A stretch of 64,000 bases of DNA from Raillietiella orientalis (lineage: Eukaryota). This document shows positions 39,660-52,619 of the stretch, in pieces. Position 1 is the stretch's first letter. Each line of letters begins with the position of its first letter. The stretch spans positions 4,774,001-4,838,000 of the forward strand of contig JAYWIR010000004.1 in the NCBI GenBank assembly GCA_036172245.1. The letters run 5' to 3'. A program made the position numbers and the translations under genes. The notes beneath the pieces are model-generated. The model did no database searches, was not told the DNA's origin, and saw only the letters and a list, made by a program, of their open reading frames with translations.

Positions 39660-41060
39660 GACTTTTTCCTGGGAGAAATAAAAGCACGAAATAGGTTGGT
39701 AATCACCGCCAGCATTGCTGATGAAGCCATAAATTTGTAGGCGAAGAATCCCTCACCGTAAAGCAGAGAGCCCAAAGTAAACAGCAAAGCAGCGTGAAGC
39801 CGATCGTAAGTTGACGCAGTGACATGGAACTTCCCACAGCCACACTGAAGAAAAATCATATTCGTCGTCAGTACAGAGCTCAGAAGGGAAACCAGTGTCA
39901 ACGTGTTATGTGTATCATCATTCTGTTCAAGTAAAACCCACGTTCCCTCTGTTATTATTACCACACTGTGAGAGCATCTTTGTCACCCATTCTGCGCAAA
40001 GTCACGATGAAGGCTGCTGAATGTCAGAAGTACCTCGATTCGTACAACTCTTTCCACGCTCACGCTTGCAAACCGATTCTTCATTCGTGATCAGTATTTT
40101 TGCAACATGCACGACCCATGTGCAGCAGGATTTGTTGTTGTCCTTTGGTTTCCTCCGTCCGTAGAGGCACACCGGTCGTGACAAATTTGCACCGACATCT
40201 GTCGGGATCGAAGTGGCCGGCTCTGCACGCAGTGCGAGGCTGCCGCAGTCTGCACCGCACGTATCCTCGCAACCCGAACACTCTTCAGACCACTGAGCTT
40301 GAACCGATCCGATCGTGGAAATATGCAGCGCCGTGATCACTTTGCTTCGTGACTTCTTGGAATGGCCTACGGATGACGCCAAAAAATGCGAAATACTTGA
40401 AAACCTCGTGTGCTAAGCTCCAACTGCTTGAGGACCTCTGGGAATCCCAACCGCCTTTCCTAAGAGTACTGAAACCGGACGTGAGTGATAAAATGGACTC
40501 TCTGAAACTTGCGAGCGGGAACCGAGTCGCTCGCTCGGAACTCTCAACTGAAGAGCGAAACGGGCAGTTTGATCCCCAGTTGTTAAGAGGACTTGCTTTT
40601 GATTGCAGCGACATCGGGAACCACTTTCTGTTACGGGTTTCATCCCTTGTTATGCTCTTATTCTCTCGAGGTATTCATGTTTGCAACACCAAAACAAGTA
40701 TCAAGCTGGCTGGTGATGCTGCTAACACGTTGCTCGGTCTTATCGAATTCTCTGTGACTGCTGCCATTTCGTATTCGACGTTTTCCCCGAAATGAAGGCT
40801 CAGAAGCTGCCATTCGAGCTAACGAGATGATGCTTAAGATGCAAGTGTCTTCAGCACCATTTAGGGAGCGTTTAGCAAAGAACACCATTTTTAGATCGTT
40901 GGCGTCAGGAGCCGATTGTGCCCACCTAAGACAGGAGGGCTTTCTTCGCAGGACGTGGCTGCACTGCCTCCCATGACCTCTGCTTGGTGCTGCGCATTCG
41001 AAAGCGAGAGCTGTAAACACGAACCAGATGAGTTTCGTGCCCAAAAGATTTTCGCGTGTG
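39660..41060 (-). mobile_element. SWIM-finger + YqaJ (lambda-exonuclease-like) ORF remnant, as in ISL2EU/Harbinger-group DNA transposons
   Basis: In order: SWIM 'FECAAPSRGHGRQCSHVL' (~40950-41003), 'QEVTKQSDHGAAYFHDRIGSSS' (~TRGQS...W...R..RITAS), 'HVDTGFP...LWEVPC' (~HPxYPFLGASPDG..LEVKC), 'MLAVITNLFRAFISP' (~MLxKLxxFF...ILP). Confidence 0.45.
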
Positions 41061-41958
41061 AGTGAGGTGGTGTGTACTTCGCAAATAACCACGTGCGTAA
41101 CGAACAGTGGCATTTCTTTGCTAGAAACTTCTTTCTGGGAATCACGGAACGGAGAAGCGATGTTCTTTGCACCGCTAATACGACGCATTCTTGACAGTAC
41201 AGCAGACAAGATAAGATTGTATGTGTATTTCTTAGCTCAACGTTTCGAACTGCGAAACACTGAAACTGCGACGTTTATCTCTGTCCGCGGCGCCTTTAAC
41301 TTTAATCTGTTCCTGCCGAGAAGCTATTGGATGCGAGGAGGTCGAGCAACTTTTATTTGACCGCCATGCAAATCACACTGGGGTTCACAAATGATCGATC
41401 ATCTGAGCAACATATGCGTGTCTTATGCCAGAATGAAGATCGAAAGTGACTGCCTGGGACCCTAAAGAGAAGCTCCCAGCTGAGGCAGGAGCTCCTCGTT
41501 GATGACTGGAAGACGGTGAGGTTGCTGTAATGATGACTTTCCAGCTCCCTGTGCCCGAATCCAAGGAAATCAGCATTTTGCAACACTCTCCCATGCACGT
41601 CCCGAGTCGAACCATGCATGCCTGCCAAACAGCTTCAGGAGTCAGCAAACTCGTGAACCACGTTAGTCGTGGAGCGGCCGATCGGAATGGAAAAACAAAG
41701 CTTCTGACGGATGCAGAGTTGCGCTCCGGTATGCGAGAGCTTCGTTCATTCAAGACTCACGCTCTGGTTCCCTCAACATCACCTTGTTCTTCCTCTCAGA
41801 CAAAACTGGGTGAACATCCTTGGAGCAAGAAAAGCAAGTGGTAGTTTCGCAGAGACCATCTGCGTTCGGAGAAGGTTATCTCGCACACCGCTTCTGATGA
41901 AAGAGCATGAAGCCACCAAAAAAAAACAGTAAAAACATCAAGACTTTCAGGATGCGCG

Positions 41959-42001
41959 GAAACCAGTCAGTGGACGCATGCAGCGTCCACTGACTGGTTT
42001 C
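41959..42001. repeat. 43-bp near-perfect palindrome (19-bp arms)
   Basis: GAAACCAGTCAGTGGACGC-ATGCA-GCGTCCACTGACTGGTTTC; the arms are exact reverse complements. Confidence 0.95.
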
Positions 42002-42899
42002 TAAGGTGCACTGCCATTCATGAACACACAAAGTGGATGAATTTCGTTCGCTGTTTGCTCAAATCGCTTTCTCCTTTTGGGAATGCGTCTGTCAACTCTG
42101 CGTTCTATGAGACCTGCATCCTCACGCTACACGTGCTGCCTATCGATCCGACGGATTCATCGCTTTGTGCAAACAAACAGTGGAATGCAGCAGCAGAAGC
42201 AGCTGAAAAAGGTGGCCGACACTCCAGCCAGCCAGCGCTTTCGTTTCGCTTTCTCAAGCGCGACTGCTCTGGCCGAACCAACTCCCCCGTCCTGAGCTAT
42301 CCGGGAAGATGCATGCCTTTTGTACACCAGTCAGTATCCAAATGACTTGATTTATTAGGCACCCTATTTCTTGTCCCCATTCCGGTATTTGTTTTACTCG
42401 CATGCCTCTCTTACCCGCCTTGGTCTTCAAGTTCACGCGAGATGTGGTCCAAGGAAGCGAGACGGCTGCTGACCTCTCTTCGAGAGCTGCCAGCTCCGCG
42501 CATCACCCAAATTGCATGTTTATTTGGATTAAAGAACTCTTTGGAGTGATCTCATCACAAATGGCTGAATTATCCCACTTAAAACAAGTACAGTCGTACC
42601 TCGTTACTCGTCGGTTTCGGCACTCCTCACGAGTTACGGAACGATTTACCGACGAATACAGAGGTAACACTGTAGATGGAATGTATACAGTTCACAGTGG
42701 GATCGACCTGTGCCAGACCGAAACTACTGGGGGGGGGGGGGGCGGGAAGGGGACAGAACTAGAGAGCAGAAAGGACAGAAGAGAGGATCAACAAATAAAT
42801 AAAAGAATGGGTGGTTAAGTGGACAGGCCTCAGGATAATGAACTGAGGACCAGCATCGGGCAAGGGAGTCAGGGAGGTGAGGTGCGTTCACCTTTGCTG

Positions 42900-45360
42900 G
42901 GTTGGCCTACCCACAGTTGTCCACCTAACATCCCAGATTGGACTGTTTTGTGGCCCTTCGCAGGTGGACAGTAGCGACGGCAAACGCCTCTCCAGGATGG
43001 CGGTTGCACCCTACCTCCCTTCTGGCTGCCACCGCTGCTCTCATGAGGCAGAGGGTTGCCAGCGAGGAGACATCCAGTAAGCCCCACGAGGGACCCACTT
43101 CTTGGAAGCGGTTTCCCTCCCTCATCTCCCGTCCCATTCTCTCTCTTTGAGGGGCGCGCGCCAAAGTGCTTCCTCGCTCCCTCGGAGGGAACACCCCTTG
43201 GTCGCTATCCCCGTCGGGGCGCGTCGACGTTTCTCCGCTTCGGAAGAGGCCCCACTGGACCAGCAGCAAGATGGCAGCCTGTTGGTGACGAAGGGAGGTC
43301 TTCAGAAAACCCCGGACCTTGGAGCTTTTCCGCAGGATCCAGAGAAACTCGACCCACATCTGCGAGTCCCGCCGAGCATTTGGATTCTGGCGTCGTCTCG
43401 TTCGCCCCATCCAAGACATTTACCACGGAGCGACAGCGTGACCGGGAGGAAGACCTGATTTCTTTCAGATCCGATTCCACTTCGCTCTTTTAGAAAACTT
43501 CATAAATCTCTATCCATAACAGGAGCGCATCTGCTGATGAAGCAGGGCCATCTAACCTGATGAGGGATGGGGGAGATGAACTTGTCTACCAGGTATATTT
43601 TCGCTCGTAGGTGGCTAAGTGCTCCTACTTATTAGGTTCAGCCTCGCAAGTCACGGCTAATTGCAGAAATAGGGAGCATCTCTGAAATCTTCTTGGACGG
43701 TCACTAGAGGAGCCAGATTTTCCAATTACCGATAACCTTCCGTGATCGGAGGAATGCCAAATGGCAGCTGGGCGACTCGGACGCTCGGCAACATCGCAGA
43801 TGCACAGTTGCAGGTTCTGTTTTTAAAGGAGCCATGAAAATCAACTGTGGGAAGAGGAGAGAGGGGGACGGATTGTTGGTTAAACTGTAATCAAATCCCA
43901 AACGCACGCACTCCACGATGCACCACATTATCAACGACAGCATCATCTGCCCTGGAGCGTTTTGATTTGCTCCACGCTTTCTACCTGAAAATCAAGAAGA
44001 TGGAGCGCCACACTGGCCAGGATCAAGCTGGAGGAAACCCTAGTGAAGGTCCTCAGCGATCCTAGCGTGCGAAGAAGTCGTAAGAGGTAGTGGTGGTGAC
44101 GGAAGACGAATCGAACTATCTAGTAGCCGTTCCCCTCAGAATAGGTGTCGCTCTTCGAAGAGGGAGTAAGAGGGGGAAGCTCGTTTGATAAATGGAATGA
44201 TTAGATGTCTTAGAGACGAAATGAGCGCTAACTGATCTCAACCCTTTGGCGAAAAGTCCGGCTTGCTTGCGCGTTGAAGCTTGGACCCACATTCCACCTA
44301 TGAGTGCCACCAGTGAACCAATTTTGGTAAGCAGAACTGGTGCTGAGAGATGAATCGGATGTTGAGGTTACAGCCGTCCGGTGCAGTGCTTTCTGGATCC
44401 TATGGAAGATGTTAGTTGCTAAGATCAGCAGGAAGGTGGTCACAAAAGTCGAATCCGTTCAGAATTGTCGGCAACGACTCGCCCGCCTAAGAAATCGGCC
44501 CTGGAGATGGGAAGATGCTCAGGATCCATACCTGTACTTGACCTCTGAGACAGAGCCGTTCCTGCCTTCCGGTGTTCCAGCATCGAAGGACGGCAGGCTC
44601 TTCAGCTTCCGGTGAGCAGGAGGGTCGCGAAGGCGCGCGTAGAAGGGCTTGGGTGCTGGCTTTCCTGGAGACCTTGATGGTGACAGCAAATACTTCAGCG
44701 AGATCCTGGATGTCTGATGAGGAGGGTCCCATGTGGACAGTCCCCGGGCACGGTCCAGGAGCCCCCCTAGAAATCCACCCTGCAGTGCGGGCGGCAGTGC
44801 CACTCTGCGTTCGAACACCTCGCGAACCGGAACGAAAGGAATCCGGTACGTATTCCAGAAGCTGGCACCAAAGAGCAGTGCTCATTAATGTTCCAGAGAT
44901 GAAACACTGTCCAAAAGAAACCGTAACAGGCGTCTTCGAAGCTCTTTTGCAACTTCACAAACTAAGGAACCTGGGGCGCTTCTTTGACCACCGACTGTAC
45001 GTAGTTTTCGGAGACCAGAAATCGAATTTCCATTCAGAAGGATACACTCGTGATGGAAACTTAGGTCCGCGGTCATTGTTTGCGATCTTCTCCATAGGGA
45101 AGACCTCAAACGCTTGAGAGCAAGGGGCATGGACATTGGCGAAACGACAAAGAAATCCACCTCGCTGAATGCAGGCTGGCCGATTCTTCGAGATCCTTCT
45201 GGAAGGCGGGGAAACTCAAGTTTGTAACAGCAGTCGGTTTCAGTGATGCGAAAGGGCTTACACATCTGGTCAAAGAGGCTCAATCTGAAAAAAATTGATT
45301 TGTCGATGGGAGTCATCGAGCGTCGCAAAGTTTGAATGAGAAAGTTGCGTGATCTCAACG
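42900..45360 (-). mobile_element. L1/Tx1-clade ORF2 remnant (RT to C-terminus, discontinuous)
   Basis: 'RSMTPIDKSIFFRL' (~KAFDRVDHxYLFRV), 'IQRG...FEVFPMEKIANNDRGPKFP' (~IQRGVRQG..LEPL..KIRNN..IRGFKLP), 'KPFYARL', 'WVEFLWILRKSSKVRGF' (~EHxFWxCxKV..FW). Confidence 0.4.
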
Positions 45361-45749
45361 GTAGTGATCATCTCGCGGACCAAATCATGAATCAATGACT
45401 CATTTTCGCCTTTCCGATATCGTCTTCAAATACATGTCACCGATGCGCGGAGAAATGAAGAAAGAATCTTCAACGTACCTCGATGAGAAAAGAGGGAGGA
45501 GGAAGCACACAGATGGTCACAGAGAAACCAACCCGAAGTCCGGGTGCTGAGCGATGAAGCTGTCAAGCGAAAGAAGATGCAGCAGAATAGCAAACAAGAC
45601 AGAACGCTCATCCAACTTTGAAGGAAATTCCTTTTTTTTCTTCTTTCAAGTTTTCGTTTTCTCTCTCTCTCCTCCATCTTAGGAGTGCTTCGGGTTTGCT
45701 CAGCTGCTCAGCAGCAAATGTTCCTGTTGCCGATACGATTCGTTAGTCT

Positions 45750-47340
45750 CATTACCCTGGATTTCTGAGAAGCTCCCGTTCGCAGATTTTGGCTTCATCT
45801 TTAGGGAACGGTACTGAGGAAAGTCTGCACTGGCAGCCAAGTCCGGAGTTTCTACTGTGCGAAACGGTAGCGGATTCCTTGCAACCGGGGAGAAGTCCAA
45901 GCTACGTTTTCGCATCCATCTAAGGGGACGTTCCTCTTCCCATCTTGAAATCTCACGTTCGCTTGTTTGAAAAACTACCATGGGCGACGTCAACGCGAGA
46001 AGACATTCAGCCTTGCTCAATCAACAGGCACACGTAGGAATAACAAGAGCTCCCGGATGTTGAACCGTAACTAGAGTGCTCTTCGTTTCAAAATCTGTTC
46101 ACCTAGGAGCCACTGCTCGTGTCTCTTTGCGACATCCTTCCATCATCAGCGCATCAGGAATCATTTCCCTTAGCAAAGTAAGAGCACGAAGAGCACCTTT
46201 GAAGAGCACGAAGTCGAGCTTCTTGCATGCAGGGTCGTAAATTGTCCCTTTGGCTGCTTCAAGGAACCGTGAGCATTAGTTTATGATCACATCCTCACGC
46301 ATCACGCGCACATCCTGTATGCAGAATTGATCGCCATCGGAAGATGGTGATCTATTTCGCCCGCAGGGTTTCCGACACTCGTTGCAAGCTGCTTAGACGG
46401 TGAATCCTTGAACAGCCAACCGCTAGAAAAGCAAAGAGCGGACAGCAAAGAGCACGCAGATCCGGTGTTTACTACACTTTGGCTAAGCCGAAGGTCCAGA
46501 GAAATCAAAGCAATAGGGAACGCGGTGACGGGAAGAATAAACAAAGACCTCGCACGGTGGAAAATGCAGCTGCCAAGGAAGAGCAGAACCATTGCTCCTG
46601 TTTTTGGCTTATAAGAAACTCCTAGCTCTTCTCGGCTACTAGAGTAGTAAGTGTTCCAGTTAGCACTGTATCGCGACCCTCTTGAGAAGACTTCGATTTT
46701 GCTTTTCTTTCGTGAAAGGACAAATCTCAAGAATTTTTCCAAATAATCTTCGAGCCCAAATCAGCAACTGGCTCACCTACGAACTTGGGAACAGTCTTCT
46801 CTTAGATCCGAGCCAGCCGCTTCAGTCACCTCCACTGGCGCCCTTGACGAAAAAAAAAGAGAGAGACCTTCTGTAACGAGGCGCCGTGAAAGCTGAAACC
46901 ATCAAGAATGCTGTTTTGCTGACGGATTTTCATCGGTTTTCATTTAGGCGATCCGCAAGTAGCTGGGCTGAGAACTAAGAAACGCAATGGCTTTCACGGC
47001 TTCGTACATTGGAATGTACTATACATGCTGGTATACATTTATGAAGAGTGCACTCAGAGGTCAGGCCTAACGCGTTCCATCCCGAGGATTTGCTCGTGCT
47101 GGCTGGCAATGACCGTAAGATCTTTCGAACCACCCGATGATCAATCTGGATGTCGTCCAAAAGCCGTGAAGTTCTGGCTTCGGATGGACCCCAAAGGCAG
47201 GTGCAGATTCGCAAATTCCCTTGAACTGCAAACTGTGAAGTGCATCTCGGCAGTGGGGTCCTCATGGATCGAAAAATATTGATCCCATTAAAGTCTGGGA
47301 CCCCATTGGCGCAAACACAACAGACTCTGCACTTTACCAT
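45750..47340 (-). mobile_element. NeSL/Utopia-like (R2 group) non-LTR element remnant, RT through REL
   Basis: In order on the minus strand: 'CLRQWGP' (~GVRQGCP, ~47300), 'LLDDIQI...LGLTSECTLH' (~YADD...GL.FN..KC), 'SRYSANWNTYYSSSREELGV' (~RASNEYLYxS.xxGxxGI), 'VTAFPIALISLDLRLSQ' (~DxAFKLLTSxDxxV), 'ARLNV...RPW' (~46010), 'TPDL' (~RPDL). Confidence 0.6.
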
Positions 47341-47779
47341 ATGTCTCTGCTGTATTGGCTGGATTGTTCACATGGTGTGGGCGATGATTGTGGACCACTC
47401 TGCCGATCAAGTGCATGCTGAGAATGGCATGTTATTTTTTGTAAAAGACGTGCCACCTCCTCCCTAAAGCAAAGCCCTTGATAAGGAAGCACTCCCTATT
47501 TTCGGCAGCAGACTTATACAGAACTGGGCACGGGGGGAGGGAGTATTCGAGTGAATCCTCGGCCTAAAGAAGAAACACGCGAGCGACGTCGAAACCACAA
47601 AAAGACCTTTGTCTCCCAGTTGCCTGGAGCATTCCTCGCGAGATCCCAGGTGGAAAAGATTTGGTGTCCAAAACTGCAGTACTTGCCGTTCGTGCGGCTC
47701 TGGGTCCGCTTGCCCTAATTAACAGTAATGGCACAAGCACGAAGGATAAAGAAAGTCTTCCACGCCCCCAATCTTGAAA

Positions 47780-48200
47780 CCTGAGTGAACACCATCGTCC
47801 CTCAATTCACGCATGTGAGTTCCTAACCTCTCATTTGACCAGAACATGCAGCACTTATCCGTGATTGATCTGTTTTTTTGCTTTCCCCGCTTCGTTCGCA
47901 ACGGTGGATCGAGAACATTCCCCGTGAGATAACGTGTCATTTATTTTCCGCCTTCGATTCCGTGCCTCCTGCGTGCACGAGGCACGGGATAATTGGAACG
48001 CTTGGGAGGAAGACTTCGCGTGGCACCGCACCGGAGTTACCCTTTCCTTGGGAGCACTCCTTACGTGTTTGGCTCCCACTGCCTGCATACGAGGCAGAAG
48101 GTGTAACTCGGAACCTCTAATCTGCAGCGTCACTCTCCGCCCGCGTGGACCGAGAGGCGGGGTGTATCGCGGTTCCCGGAACGGCTTCCAGGAATTCACC
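47780..48200 (-). mobile_element. Gypsy RT remnant
   Basis: 'KPFREPRYTPPL...RMQAVG' (~PIRQRPYRxP...MLxxG) and 'DKCCMFWSNERLGTHM..DDG' (~KCxF....YLGH...DG). Confidence 0.35.
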
Positions 48201-51200
48201 CGCACGCTGTTTACTCGAACGGAGAGGACTTGCGGCGAAAGCGCGTCGCTTCCGCAGTTGGCTAATGGACGCGCGGTTCTCTCTGCTTCCCCAAGATCAA
48301 CATGGGAGCGATGCGCGTGCTCCCATTAGGATCCACCTGCGTGTAGCCGCCGCCGAACGACCAAGTCTATCCTTCCTGCCCCCCCTCCACTCCACTCCTT
48401 CGCACCGTGCGTAATGACTACGAAGTGCGTGAGGTCGAAGGATTCGGCGAGCTTCCCGACGATCTTCGAGGGAGCTCTTAGGGCCGCTTCGCCTATTTGC
48501 ATCCCGTGATTGCTCGCGGTTGAGAATTCCGTGCGAGAGTTCCCCCATTCCTCAAACGAGCGCTGCTACTTCGGCGTGTGACCTCCACTCTTTTCCACCT
48601 TGCCGTTTTGCTTGCGTGTTTGTTCTGAATCCGCTCTCTTGGTTGGTGTTCCAGAAAAAGCAGGTACTCTCAGGTCAAGGATTACCAAGAGGTCCTCAAC
48701 GCATCGTGCGTGCGTGCGTGCGTTTCATTGAAAGAAAGTGCACACTCCGTTCTTTCCTCCATCTTCCTTTTTTCCTCCATCTTCTTCGTTCAATGGTTCG
48801 TGGCGAGCAGCCGTGGGCTCGGAGCACATCTCACGTACTAGACCTGGTTCTCTGGTACGAAGAGGAGCGCTGCAGATCCGAGGAACGTTAGAAGAGTCCG
48901 CGGGTGGTTTCTGAGTGCCCGTGCGAGGCCCAAAGACTCCATGCACGCATGTGGCGAGGACTTGCAAGATCTTTCGCCGGTCTCCTTTTTCTCATTGCCT
49001 AAGGACCGCAGAAGATGGTCCACTCTCAGTCCCCTCCCCCCAAGACCTCGGTATAGTGCCTGGCCGGGCGTCGCGGAACGTGCGGGAGAAGCGCGAAACC
49101 TGAAAGGGGGGAAGCGCGCGCACTCCGTGCGCTCCCCGCCGTTTTAGCCAGAAAAAGAGACGCACTGCAAGAAAAGAGGCGGGAAAGTGCGCGAATGAGA
49201 AGCGGCGTTCCTGGATCTCGTGATGTTGCCGGGGTCCCTCTCGCCCCCCTCCCCCTCCGATGGGTGCACTGCGTGCACACCACCGACACACGTCGACCTG
49301 CACGTCGGTGGCGCGCGTTGTTCCACACTACGAGCGGTCAACCCCTTGGCACGCCGTCGCTAGGAGGAGGGAGCGGGTAGAGGAGAGAGCGAAGGAGAAA
49401 GGGTAGTGAGGAGTTTCAAGGTGAAACCCCAAGCGTCGCGATTCGGAAGGCTCCCATTAATTCACGGAACCGCTTCTCCGGATCGAAAACTGTGAGCATG
49501 CGCAGTCCGTTCCAAGGTTACCCAATTGCGCACGTTTCCGACTACGCGATCGCTGGAAGCCGGAAAACACGTCATCGGCCTACGCGCAATGCGCGGAGGG
49601 GGGAGGGGGGGAAGAGAGTTGAATCTGTGTGAGTAGTGCGGAATATCTCCATACCCTCATTTCGCGCGTGAGCGCGGATCCGCATGGCATGGAAGTGCGC
49701 CAAAAGGACGCTCCGTTTCATCCGATCTCTCCTTGAAGAATCGCAAGACGGGGTCCCCCATCCGGATGGTGACATCAGCTGCCTCCACTGCTGCTGCTGC
49801 TGCGTGGCCATCTAGAAACGCTCACGCGAGCGTTCGACCGAGCGAAAATGTCCGCTCCTCTGCTGCTCACGGCCGTCGCCACCCCTGGGAGGCGTCCGCT
49901 CGTGCGTTCCGAACCAGCGGATCCTCGGTGTTGCCTTTCCTCCTCCCTTTCACGTCAGCCATCATTATCACGTCTAGGGGGTCTCTTCGGAAAGAGAGGG
50001 CTGCTGGGAGTAACGTCCGTGGATTCCCATTAAGGTGGGGAATGCTTGCCTGCGTTTCCCTCCTCCGAATAGATCAGCTGAACCCTTGTCGAATCTGCAC
50101 ACGCGAGTGAGCGCTTCTTCGTTCCTCGAAGAAACGTGCAAAGAAGAAGGATAAAAAAAAGAAAAAAAGAGGAAAGAAAGAAGAAAAGCGCCGCTCGGGC
50201 GAGGTTCCCTTCCGAACTGCGTTTCAAGTGAGTGAGTTGCCTCCGCCACGTCGCTGCTGCTGCTTATCTCCGCAAGCGGACAGCGTAAACACTCGGAAAG
50301 CCAAGCGGGAACGGGAAGAAAGAAAGAAACACACGCACGCGCGCACGTGCACCCACACAGCAGACGAAAAAAAAGGAAAGAAAGAGGAGGGAAGGAAAAA
50401 AAAAAAAAAAAAACAAGCTCCACGAAATGCGTGAAAGAGTTCAAAGAGTTCACTTGGAAGGGTTGACCGCACGGTTGACTACGCGCGCCTCTCCCCTCTC
50501 TTTCTGTCTCTCTCTCCCTCTCCCCTCTCTCTCTCCCTGTCTCTGTTTGCTCGAGAAAATCCAACGTGGACTCCCCCTCCCCCCCCCCTTTACTTTTCCT
50601 TTGGTGATTCCAGCAGGCAGGGAGCGCAAATCCATCGCAGCTTGGCAGCCATGGTAGCCTTTCCGAGGTGCACCGTCGCGGACGGTTCGGGCAGCCCTCG
50701 CTTCATTTTTCTTTTCCTTTCTTCTCCTTATTCTTGCACGCTCTTCGCCCTCTGCTTCGTGGGGGAGGGTCTCTTCCTGGAACCCCCAGACTTGCGCACG
50801 ACGGTCTTGGGGAAGCACGGGGTCCCAGGTTGGTCTTCCAGGCTGGAGCCGCGTCGGGGACGAGAAAAATCGGCAAGACGATGAGTGGCGGAACGTGGAC
50901 CTGGAACGGGAAAGGTCTCCGCTGACCCACGGCAACCGACGGCGACCGGATTCGGTCGTCAGGTTGCTCCCCCTCTTCCTCCACCTAGGCCTCCCTCGTT
51001 GCTATCTCCTGCACCTGCTGCTGCGACTCCACCCGGCGGAGGGGATCCGCGAACAGGAGCGAGGAACGTCCGCCGGGTTCCCAGCCGGACATGGCTGCGT
51101 CGGCAGGTCTCGCTCCGGCACGGCGTCGGCGCACCTACGGATGCCTCCCGGCAGTCTCTTGGCATCAGCTGAGGGCTTCCTGCATTCTTGGCTCACGATG

Positions 51201-51299
51201 CCCTTCGGCACTTGGTCCCACCTTTCGGTCCCACTAACCGTGGGCAAGGTGGAAAGCGTGGAACCGACCCGATTTGGTTTGCCTTCCGAATCTTCGCAC

Positions 51300-51480
51300 T
51301 CGCAGCGGCGGTCTGCCTGGCTGCGACCTCTGAGCGCGGTTCCAAGCGTTGAGAGTTCGAATCCCACCCTGGGAATGACGGCGCTGGTTGGCCACTATTC
51401 GGGCGCGCCACTGGTGGAATAAACCGGTTGCCTCCGACCAGTTGCTGGGATTGGGAAGCTGACCTGGAGTCAAGAATCAA
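51300..51480 (+). mobile_element. Possible tRNA-derived SINE head
   Basis: Good Pol III B-box GAGTTCGAATCCC at 51353-51365 with a weak A-box-like segment ~50 nt upstream. No cloverleaf evident. Confidence 0.3.
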
Positions 51481-51799
51481 GGAACCCCTCGAAGCTCCCC
51501 TCCAGCTGTGCAAATGGAGCTTGTCCCCCCCCCCCTTCCCTTCGTTGGGTGCACCCCCTCCATCGAGTGCCATGGAGCGGGTTGGTACTTCTCCAGAGGT
51601 GAGAAGCGCGCACTGCTGCCTTCGGGGAGCGCCCCACAGAGAAAAGGTTTCGAGTTCACTTCGGTCCCGGCGATTCCCTTGAGGGTTCCCTCCTGAGAAG
51701 AAATTCCAGGAGGGGATCCTTTCCGGGTTCTTTCAGGCAGAGAAATGAGGAGAGGTGCCTTGCGGGAGTCTCTCCGGGGAGAATGAGGAAGAGTGGCTT

Positions 51800-51970
51800 T
51801 CCCTTCGGGATTTCCCGTCAAGACTGAGAGAGGAACGGACTCCTTCCTCCGGAGCCCTTCCTGGATTCATGGGGTAGTCCTTACGGGATTTCTCTCTAAC
51901 TCGAAGAGTTACTACACGCACCCTCGGGTGGGGTGGACAGTGTCAAAGAGTTTCGTGTCCCGCCTCCCTC
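51800..51970 (+). mobile_element. LINE RT fragment (CR1/L2/Jockey-like)
   Basis: 'GFLSNSKSY..RVGWTVSKSF' (~SFLSNRxQxVRVGxxxSxxF). Single motif. Confidence 0.25.
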
Positions 51971-52619
51971 CCTCTTTCCTCTAAGGAGGAGGACGGTCCT
52001 TCAGCAGCCAAAAGAAAAAAGCTGGAAGGAAAGCAGCGGCAGTGGAAGGACCCGACAGCATTCCCGTCATCCAAATGCTCTGAGGCCCAGTTTGGCTGCC
52101 AGAGAAGCGTCGAGCCTGTTTCGATGCGTCGGGGCAGCAGAGTTCCTTCTACCTCCTCGGGTCAGGTAGACCCGGGTGGGGTGCTGCGAGAGCGGACTAG
52201 CTCGACGGCGCGCACGCAGATGGAGAAACTTTGAGACGTCCGGTAGCCCGGACGGCTCCGAACGACACGATCCCAACCTCCTCCTCCTCACACCCGGCAA
52301 GGAGGAGGAAAGTCGGACGATCGTCTGGAAAATTCTTATCCGTCTTTCGGAGGTTTTCGAAGCTCCTTCGTCTCGCGTTGCTTCTTCCCTCGGCGCGGCT
52401 CGAACTCGCGTGCTCTCTGAGCACCCGGTCGCGTGCGACGACGGAACGCTCGGAAGTCTTCGCGGAGTCTTTTCCTCTCTCCCCCTCTCTCTCTCTCCCT
52501 CTCTTGAGGAAGAGGGGGCTCCCTCTGCCACGGGATCTCATGGAGGAGGTTCAGGTTCTGTTTTCTTCTCCGCACCATGCACTCAAGTTGGGATTTTCCT
52601 TTGAAGAAACTCGCAAACT

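Noticed and set aside
49572..49811. MATQQQQQWRQ... small ORF (-)
   Set aside because: The poly-Q comes from a short (CTG)n tract. No homology or splice support.
51340..51375. tRNA gene
   Set aside because: B-box only, with no acceptor or anticodon stems. Kept only as a possible SINE.
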